A stretch of DNA of 59,655 nucleotides, the filler included, from Catajapyx aquilonaris (taxonomy: Eukaryota), in the NCBI GenBank assembly GCA_000934665.2. It is 2 parts of 2 records of this genome, joined end to end, with 100 filler letters (N's around TTAATTAATTAA, not from the genome) between each part and the next. Parts side by side here need not be neighbours in the genome. Positions count along the whole stretch, not along the records: positions 29,889 to 59,655 come from KZ539206.1; 1 more part is not named here. One strand, 5' to 3'. Each line of letters opens with the position of its first letter. Within the stretch, counting starts at the first letter, position 1. The position numbers and the translations under genes were made by a program. Positions 51,620 to 59,655 of this stretch are shown piece after piece. The notes beneath the pieces were generated by a model. The model was not told the origin of the DNA. It saw only the letters and a program-made list of their open reading frames with translations, and ran no database searches.

Positions 51620-52955
51620 CCCTACACAGCCCCAAGACATGTTTTGTTTTTGATAACAAAGTATTGTACCTTACTCATGTTGCAATATGTACTATCACGG
51701 CTACGAAGCTGAAGGCAGTGCTTGTTGCAAGCCTTGCAACATGGATTGTCGTCACCTTTTTAGTCATAATAGTACCATAGTACCTCCCCTGAAAGGAGAA
51801 CCAGAATGATGGCTGTCTGTGGTAGAAACTCAAGACAACTGCAATCATATTACAGTACTGTATTTGCCTGTGATGTGAGTTACAAAAATCTCTAGTGAAA
51901 TTTGGATGGAGGGAGGGAGAAGGTACCCATGTTTCATTCCAAGCATTTTCCTCATGGAGCTCTTGCTCAGAAGTTGAGACACTGATGCTGTAGGTGACAA
52001 GCATGAAGAGTGGATGTGATAAATCAATAAATAAGTGAATGCGGCAATTAATATATATATTATATATATGTATGTATCATTTTTTAGACGTTAGTTGCTA
52101 TTCCAAGTTGTGTGAATTTCACAGTAATCGTGGTTTCAAATCACACTTTGTTGCAACATTGTAGTCTGGAACAGTGATTGACAGATTCTACACCTGGACC
52201 CACCAGTGAGCCACAAGGGCCCACCAGGTGAGTCAGGTACTAAACAAAACATGTTATTCTCTACAATTCTACATGGTTCTTAACCCCCTCGCTACCAGCT
52301 AGGCTGAAAACGCCTAGATTTTTGATTATGCGTACCCTGAAAATACGGACAATATCTTTTGCAAATAATATCAGTGATACTTGCACATTCATGCAAAACA
52401 CTGAATGTGTCTGGAACAATTTTACTCGTCTAGAAGTCTCTGATTAAATTTTAACAAAGATCGTTGTAAAAGCTTGAAATTCAAGTACTACCGGCCAATT
52501 GTTAGGCAATGGCAGAGATTTTCGCCTGCAAGTACTCGGAAGATAAAAATAAGATATTTTACAAATAATAACAGTTATACTTACACGTTCTTGGAAAATA
52601 CTATGAACGTGTTTGGAACAATTTTCCTTGTCTAGAAGTTCCTAAATTAATTTTCAAAAGTAACCTTATATCTGTAAAACCTCAATATCCAAGTACTACT
52701 GGCCAACTGTTAGGCTGATTTAATTATGAAATACATCAAAATATATGGAACATCTACTTGCAAGAACCATATAATGTGCTGAAATCTTTGTACTTCTCGA
52801 GAATTGAATTAACTCCTATCTGCGGCTTTCTGGCACTTTGGAAAACTCGCTTTATTTATTTGTCGCGAAGTACAATGATTTCAGCAAATTTATCTGGCAC
52901 GGTTCTTGTTCTGTATATTGTAGCCTACTATATTTCATCATTAAATCAGCCTAAC

Positions 52956-53293
52956 GGGGATTAGGAGTGGTGCTGCGGTAACGTATGCTCCCACGTATGT
53001 TAAGGTCCCGGGATCAAATCCCTCCTGGGGACACCCCCTTCATCTCGTGCAGAGTTTAAGGCCATCTCTGACTTCGTCTCGGGTGGTATTTCCAATAGAC
53101 TAAACCACCTGGGGGAGTTCACAAAATGACCTATAGTGACTGTACTGCACTGCACCTTGCACATCCCCTCCTGTCACCTTCCCTATAACTCGCAGTACCC
53201 GGGCGTTACGGCGAAAGGACCAACTGTACTAGCTGTACTATTAAGCAAAATAAAGGTACTGTGCAGGCTGCCCATTGGGCGGAGCACTAAACC

Positions 53294-53378
<85 letters not shown>

Positions 53379-53379
53379 A
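52956..53379 (+). mobile_element. tRNA-derived SINE (family C) with a long (ATT)n tail
   Basis: B box gggatcaaatccc. 14-bp TSD taaatcagcctaac (52942-52955, 53380-53393). Confidence 0.9.
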
Positions 53380-53479
53380 TAAATCAGCCTAACAGTTGGC
53401 CAGTAATACTTGGATATTGTGGTTTAACAGCGATGTTTTTGAAAATTAATTTAGGAACTTATAGTAGATGAAGAAAATT

Positions 53480-53555
53480 CGTCGGGTGAGAATTACATGG
53501 TTGTAACTGCAATGAAAATCCTGTGTAGTTACAACCATGTAATTCTCACCCGACG
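53480..53555. mobile_element. 76-bp mini-MITE with an AATT TSD
   Basis: 29-bp perfect TIR cgtcgggtgagaattacatggttgtaact, with AATT duplicated. The paralogous repeat at about 52610-52640 shows the empty site. Confidence 0.85.
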
Positions 53556-54116
53556 AATTGTTCCCAACACATTCATAGTGTTTAGCATGAACGTATGAAT
53601 ATACCTGATATTATTCGTGGCCAGCTTTCCCTCCGGTGATCGCCAGACTGACTGGGCCATAAGCTGGCGAAAGTCGATGTAGAATTATAAGGTACAAAAA
53701 CCAAAAATAATGTTTCCTTGGAAATGTTGTAAGGTCTCGAAAAAGTTACATCGGGTTGAAATCCATTCATTACATCACAAAATAATTACTTCACCTGGGT
53801 CCAATCAGTCCCTGGCGGAAAGCTGGCCACGTTGTAAAATATCTTGTCCGTATCTTCAGAGTAAGCGACAGCGAAAATCTAGGCAAAGGAGTTAATGGTG
53901 AATGACAATAAATTATTTTCTTATGAGGAAAGGTGACCGAGTGCCCCTCACAATATCCTTGTCCCTCTCTATGTTGGGTGTTTAAAAATACTTGAGAAAC
54001 ATAAGTCTACACTCTACAGGGTGCAGAAATTTAACCTGCTGTCACTTTGGATGATGGTGTACGGGTTCTAGGCGATCATTTTAACTAGGGGCATTATGGG
54101 TCTCTGCATCCTAGTT

Positions 54117-54476
54117 TATTTATTTATTTTATTTATATTTACCCCATTGAGAAGTCGGCGCTCTTTTAGGGGGGTGGAACACCACCTTATTTTCTTTTTT
54201 TTTCTTGTAATTTTTCTTCAACTCCGTGCGGGGAAGAAAGGACATGGGGTAAGGATGGGGATTTTTCGGGGAGGAGACACGGGTGCCAGTCCAATGTCTG
54301 AAACTGGGTCATGTGCAGTCTTCCTGGAGGTTAGGTTGCCAGACGCCTCCAAGGCGTGGGTCAGAGACTCTCCTGATGCAGGCGAAAGGGAACTCCCGGG
54401 CGGGGATCGAACCTGGGACCTTCCGCTCAGCAAGCCGAGTCATTACCAACTAGACCACCACACCTCCCCGTCCCCA
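54117..54476 (-). mobile_element. tRNA-derived SINE family B, inserted in a MITE that starts at about 54017
   Basis: TSD tctg(c/a)atcctagtt (54103-54116, 54477-54490). A box tggtctagttgg, B box ggttcgatccc and an (AAAT)n tail. Confidence 0.88.
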
Positions 54477-54918
54477 TCTGAATCCTAGTTACTGAGATAG
54501 TGGACTTCTAACATAAGGTATAAAATATCCTGGGAGATATGTGTCCCTTTGCGTGACTGTAAACTAGCAGTAAGTGTTACCATGCAATTTAAATTTGAGA
54601 TACAATCCCATTAGGTGTAGCTGGCAATGGGCTAGGCAATGAAAGTGTCACAGGCTGTATCCAAACTTCCGAAGAATGACGAAGATGTTATAATGCACTC
54701 GATTGAGAATCATTTTTGGACCCCGGCCAAGGCTGGGATTGTGGTGGCGGACCTTTCTCAACATTAGTTATGTATTGTAAAGTGTTGCGACTCACATTGT
54801 CAGATCGTCAGTAGCTGGGGTGCAATAAAGGAGGCTGCATCGGGCTTGGACGCAGAGGAAATTACCTAGTGCCAAGCAAAGGTCCAAAACGTCTTGTATT
54901 TTCCATACATAGTAGGAG

Positions 54919-55052
54919 AAACTTAGCAATAAATAAATAAATAAATAAATAAATAAACGTAGCAATAAATAAATAAATAAACGTAGCAATAAATAAATAA
55001 ATAAATAAATAAACGTAGCAATAAATAAATAAATAAACTTAGCAATAAATAT
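54919..55052 (+). repeat. Compound minisatellite [aac(g/t)tagcaat(aaat)n] x5
   Basis: Five units with variable AAAT copy number. Confidence 0.9.
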
Positions 55053-56079
55053 AAATGAAGCGTTTCCCTGTGTGAGCCTATTGTTCTCTAAACCATTCCT
55101 TAAAAAGTAATTAATTCCTCCTGACTCCATCGAAGCACATGTTAAACATTTTGCCTGGTTACCCTTTTCTGGAAGTGGCGAAAAAACTTTGGTATAGGCA
55201 ACGGATTCCTTAGAGTGAACTGCTGGGCCCATGGCCCCGCCCCCAAACAAACCTCTATATTATTGTCTCTATTGTATTATATGTATTTCGCCTGGCAACC
55301 TTACTGTGACCCACGGTTACAGCGACCCCATTGGTTCGCCCGGGGGGCGTGTCTGTTCACTCCAAGAAGTCCGTAGCCTTTAACATTATGAAACAACATG
55401 ATAAGATGCAACACATCCCTTACGTAAAAAAAGGCACACTGTAAGATTTTTTGGTATATTCCAGATTATGTAATGGTAATAACAAGTCAGGTTTTTTGTC
55501 AGCATGAAAAGGCCCAAAAAAACTTAGGGCAATGGCCATTAAAATAGATGGGGTTTCATCTGAAATAAATCTCCTGCAAAGCAAAAAAAAAAAAAAAAGC
55601 CGTTGACAAGTGTAGCAAAAACCTATAATGATTTTTTAGACTTCTTTTCATTGTGTTTTTCTGTCAATGCATCTACAACCAAATCTGAAGAAGAAAAACC
55701 AAAAATAGCTCAATAACACACACAAGTCTTCATGAAACTCTGCATCTTTATGCAATCCTGAATACCTGAAAACAAGTAGGCTACAGTAAGTTTAAAGTGC
55801 AGAGTCCATTTTTGGAAGTTTTATTTGACTTCCACCAGCAGTTTTGGATGGAGACGTGACAGAAAAGTGAATATTTCACTCCTGTCAAAAATAACTAAGA
55901 AATACATTTTCCACCTCACTTTTCCAGCCAAAAAGTATTTCCTGACACCAGAGCAATTGGATGTGATACATATGCACTGCTTCTAACTGCAAGTCTGATG
56001 GATCTTGCCACAGTCCAAATTACTCTCCAAAGGGAAAGACTCACTTGGAAATGGCAAATGACTCTGACATGGAAGAAGT

Positions 56080-57045
56080 TTATTCTTCTTTCTCATCGTC
56101 ATCAGATTCAAGTCTCTTCTTGCTGGCTGAAGCTGATGAGTCGCTCTCTTTCATGGTGGGTGCCTTTCCGTTATGACTCCTGCCTTGCCATGGACCAATG
56201 ACAGGTTTCTCTTCTTCCTCTTCCTCTTCAGCTTCAGCTTCAGCTTTCTCTTCTTCCTCCTCCTCCTCCTCCTCCTCATCTTCACTTGGTTCAGCTGCCT
56301 CTTTAGCCTTTTTATTCCAACTGTCCCGTGGCACTACTCGCTCATCCTCCTCTTCCTCTTCATTGCTCTGCATCTCCTGCAGCACTCTTCTCCTCTTCCT
56401 TCTTCCCCGTGGCATTATGTCATTAATGTTGTCATTGGAAGAGTTTCGGAGACACTGTGGCCTGGCAGCCCTCAGCGGTTGTGTCCTTTCATGTTTGTTG
56501 GTGACAACTTGATGGTGCATTGTTACTGCTCGCCTTGGAGGCAGTTTTCTTTCCCATGTAGGTTCTTCCACCGGGGTAGGTGGCAGCAGCGGAGTTTTGG
56601 GCATGCGACGACTTACTGAGAATGCTACAATGGTCCTAGTTGGCTTGGGCACTGGCTCATCAACATTGCTCTCATTTCCAGTGACGTGTAAGTGACATTT
56701 CGCAGCAGCATTGATAGCTGCTACTCGTACTGGTCTGGACGACACTGACTGCACCACTTTTGGCTGCTGCTGGCGCAAAATGATGGTTCTCACAGTTCTT
56801 TGCGTAGCACTCAACCCTGATGTTGACGGCCAATCCTCCAATTGGTGGGAGCCTCGAAATGGCATACTGGTAGTGGTAGTGGATGGGGTTTGGGTGATTG
56901 TAAGAGTCGAGGTAGAGGCAGCAGTAGTGGTTGTGGAAGCTGCATTACATTGCTTCTGAGTCTTCTTGGAAGAATCTGTGGATGAATTCCTGGAGGTGGA
57001 TGTGTTCGGAAGAGTGCTTAGATGAATGCTTCTGTGGGCTGGCAT
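56080..57045 (-). CDS. Low-complexity C-terminal tail of the BRWD gene, in the +1 frame
   Basis: 321-codon ORF with S/T-rich, R/K-rich and poly-E tracts typical of BRWD tails. It overlaps the preceding frame by at least 100 nt but is shifted by +1. Confidence 0.65.
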   Translation of the reverse strand: MPAHRSIHLSTLPNTSTSRNSSTDSSKKTQKQCNAASTTTTAASTSTLTITQTPSTTTTSMPFRGSHQLEDWPSTSGLSATQRTVRTIILRQQQPKVVQSVSSRPVRVAAINAAAKCHLHVTGNESNVDEPVPKPTRTIVAFSVSRRMPKTPLLPPTPVEEPTWERKLPPRRAVTMHHQVVTNKHERTQPLRAARPQCLRNSSNDNINDIMPRGRRKRRRVLQEMQSNEEEEEDERVVPRDSWNKKAKEAAEPSEDEEEEEEEEEEKAEAEAEEEEEEEKPVIGPWQGRSHNGKAPTMKESDSSASASKKRLESDDDEKEE

Positions 57046-57145
57046 ATCTACGATGATGGTGCTGGAGCGGAGATTGATATCCAGACAGTGCTAGGCATAC
57101 ATTCTCCTCAAACATAGCAGACAGGCGAACAGTCATGGAGTAAAT
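56945..57145 (-). CDS. BRWD3: PHIP/BRWD-family last exon, frame 1 (end of bromodomain 2, stops early)
   Basis: tttgcag|ATT TAC TCC ATG encodes IYSMTVRLSAMFEENV..., continuing the KRSRIYSM motif. In-frame TAA at 56945-56947. Confidence 0.85.
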   Translation of the reverse strand: MYSMTVRLSAMFEENVCLALSGYQSPLQHHHRRYASPQKHSSKHSSEHIHLQEFIHRFFQEDSEAM

Positions 57146-57327
57146 CTGCAAAGTGCAGGAAAGAAGCTCAATAAATTATTGGGCAAGTAATAACTCCATT
57201 AAGCAGCAAGTCTTATGCATGCTGGTTATTACTTTATACTGTGAGAAAGGTCTTAACATCCAGGGAAGATTAGCAGAGAGCTTTTAATTTTACATCATAA
57301 ACAAAAATGACCAAAGAAGAGAATTAC

Positions 57328-57603
57328 CCTGGAGCGTTTGTTGGTGTTGTAGATCCGTGAGTTTTGGAAGATGAGCCGCATATCCTCGGCAAACTCCTGA
57401 GGCGAGTTGTAGTTCTCCTCATCAAGGTCTTTCTTGACTGAATTAAGGTCCATTGGAGTTTTGATGATCTGGTGATAGGTAGGATAGAGAAGAGGATCAA
57501 CTGGCTCCCTAAACGGTTCAGCATCCTCCATGTGCCAGATGTGCTCTAAAAGATTCTTGCAACGTTGCTGCCATGAGAGCTTCAGCTGTGGCTGTGATGA
57601 CAG
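57328..57603 (-). CDS. BRWD3: PHIP/BRWD-family exon with most of bromodomain 2
   Basis: catacag|CTG...AGG|gtaatt encodes WQQRCKNLLEHIWHMEDAEPFREPVD...PMDL...FQNSRIYNTNKRSR. Phase 0/0. Confidence 0.9.
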
Positions 57604-57773
57604 CTGTATGGCAATAAGCACAGCATTACCAAGAGGCAGTAGGCCTACACCATACACACATACAAGCACTGATCAAATGAAGATATGTGGACTACTCTGC
57701 CCTACTTTACATGCCACAATGATAACAGGTTTTGGGAGTTTCAGAATTTGAAACCCAAGGAAAGAACCTTTAC

Positions 57774-58435
57774 CTTTTGAGGTGGCCTGTTGGGCTTTGT
57801 CCTCGGAGGCAGCACTGCTCTGAGTCCCTTGGAAGGCACACCTGACGAGGTGAATGGTCCCAACGCATTCCCTCTCCTCTCCCTCCTGTCTTCATCACTC
57901 CCGTCTTCCTCTTCCTGTTCTTCATCTTCCTGTTCTTCCTCTCCCTCCTCCTCAGTGGACCTCCAATTCTCCATAAGCTCATGATTCTCCATAAGTTCAT
58001 GGTGTGCTGCTGGTGCTAGCGTGAAATTTGGTTCCTTCACAGTCCTTAGGCACAACGCCGTAACAATGCGGGTATGCTTCACAATACGACTTCGTGGCTG
58101 GTTGAAAGTCGCTGCATTTGACGTGATGTACCTAATATCTAACAGCACAGAACTTATCCGACGATAAAAGCGGTTTTCCAGACGTGCCTTGATGGTGGCC
58201 AGGTCTATGGGCTGTTCCACCACATAGGCATACAACGGGTACTGGTTTAGTTCCACTGGGGCGGCAAACGGCTCTGCTATGGCAAGCTGCATCACCTGCT
58301 CTATGCCGCGAGCCATGCGTCCACACTCTTTGTCACAGTCTCCATTGGGCCATTCCTCTGCTCTTGGCTGGTACAACAATGCAGTTCTTTCTTCAGGAAG
58401 GACAGGGACGCCCCTGCCCAGTTCTGATGGCATTC
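57774..58435 (-). CDS. BRWD3: PHIP/BRWD1/BRWD3-family protein, exon with bromodomain 1 and an acidic linker
   Basis: Encodes EPFAAPVELNQYPLYAYVVEQPIDLATIKARLENRFYRR...TFNQPRS, matching PHIP/BRWD bromodomain 1 (RLENRFYRR signature). Acceptor tttgccag|GA, donor AAG|gtaaag. Confidence 0.9.
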
Positions 58436-59655
58436 CTGGCAAAGTTTTTTTTTTATCGTGATTTTTAGCCTCTTGTAGACACTATAATAAATATTTCCCA
58501 TCAATTACAAATGGTACGTACCATTTGTAATTTTTTAAAACTATTTGCAGCAAGCCCTGTGGCAGTGTGATGTGCATTTCACTGTGTCAGTGTTAGTCAT
58601 TCAGAGGTGGAATTAAGAAATTTGCCTAACTTAAATGCATCTATTCAAGGCATATGATGTAACTTTAAGGCAAACTTTAACCTCAGAAACATTCATTCAT
58701 TTCACAGGCAGTACTTAGCACTTCAGTATTAAGTGAAGCCTTGAATCTGAGGATGGCTAACATTGGGTTTAAAGCCAGGTTGCACCATCATAGGTTTGCT
58801 TGAAATCCATGATGGTGTGCAACCAGCTCTAAGTGACGTCAAGCAATTTTAAACAATGTCTTTAAACATTTCAGAATCCCTCCATTATAACATAACAGAG
58901 TGTAACAGCCAGCTTGAAAAAAAAGCAACAAAAATTCATGAAGCAAGAAATAAAATGAGAAAAATATTGGGTATTGTGACAAAGATGTGGGCACATATGT
59001 AGCTTAGTTTTCATTTTTTCCTGTAACTTCCATGTACGAACAACAGCTTAGTGGTGAGCATTGCACAAGGGTTTTTTCTCCCTCTGGTAAAATAACATAT
59101 TATTTGTTTCAAAATTTTCAGTGTACCAAAGGCTACTGATGGTATGTATCTACAGCAATTTAATTTTAGCAATGTCGTGAATATCCAGCGTGTTAATGTA
59201 ATTTATGTCAAGCGTCAATAACATGATCTTCTATGACATAAATATGGACCTGGGTCATGTTGGATTACCGCTTGACACATAATAAGTGTGGTAAGCAGGA
59301 AAAATTGCACTGCATCAAACCTATTTATGAAGGGAATATAAGAATCTAAGATTGGTGATGCCATATCCTCCTGAGACCTGGTGTCGACATATGTCGACAT
59401 CAGCAAAATATTTTTTTGGCGCCAACCAGTGATGCCAACAGAACTGTAATAGGCTGGTATCCCATGGTTACAATCTGGCCTCAATAGCTGTAGCCACCTA
59501 GCGTCGAATATCTGGCTTGGGCCGCGAAAATTAAATCGCGGACAAAATGGCGGAGTCTGCTGCTGAAGCTTAGGCGCTCATCTGATAAGTTTTATTTTTT
59601 TACTCATATTTAGAATGCGATTTTCGCAATGCAGTGAATGTCCTGGGATTCGCAA

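Larger units (their letters stand above)
52284..53891. mobile_element. piggyBac-like non-autonomous element with internal direct and inverted repeats of about 200 bp
   Basis: TTAA on both flanks and subterminal inverted matches (gcctagattt; ctgaa.atacggacaa). It hosts SINE C and a mini-MITE. Confidence 0.65.

Noticed and set aside
53136..53471. Poly-Ile and poly-Leu ORFs here and at 18830 and 39259
   Set aside because: They are translations of SINE microsatellite tails.
54919..55052. Repeat-spacer-like array
   Set aside because: The spacers are just (AAAT)n. It is a eukaryotic minisatellite, not CRISPR.
59215..59484. 89-aa minus-strand ORF as the next BRWD exon
   Set aside because: It has no resemblance to the expected upstream BRWD sequence (SPWD motif). 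That exon is probably beyond the window.

Overview
Eukaryotic, most likely arthropod, genomic DNA. It consists of two sequences of near-equal length (29,788 and 29,767 nt) joined by an artificial 100-nt spacer (44 N + TTAATTAATTAA + 44 N, 29789-29888), so the two halves should not be assumed to be neighbours. The left half holds the 5' part of a minus-strand paired-like homeobox gene of the Drgx/Prrxl1 family. Three coding exons splice in frame, with a candidate 5'UTR exon and promoter near 16.8-17.1 kb; the helix-3 exon lies outside the window. Many GC-rich, TAAT-rich islands that look regulatory surround this gene. The right half holds the 3' exons of a plus-strand gene that I recognise from memory as a type I PIP5K (PIP5K59B-like), ending in a cluster of alternative acceptors and possible microexons. 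It converges on the 3' exons of a minus-strand PHIP/BRWD3-type double-bromodomain gene whose last exon is split by a +1 frame break. Transposons are dense and often nested: a dead mariner with a MITE inside, a Chapaev3-like element, piggyBac-, Tigger-, hAT- and Harbinger-like MITEs, non-autonomous Helitrons, and tRNA-derived SINEs with shared or swapped 3' tails. I found no demonstrably new biological system. The best leads are the PIP5K C-terminal splicing switch and the broken BRWD tail.
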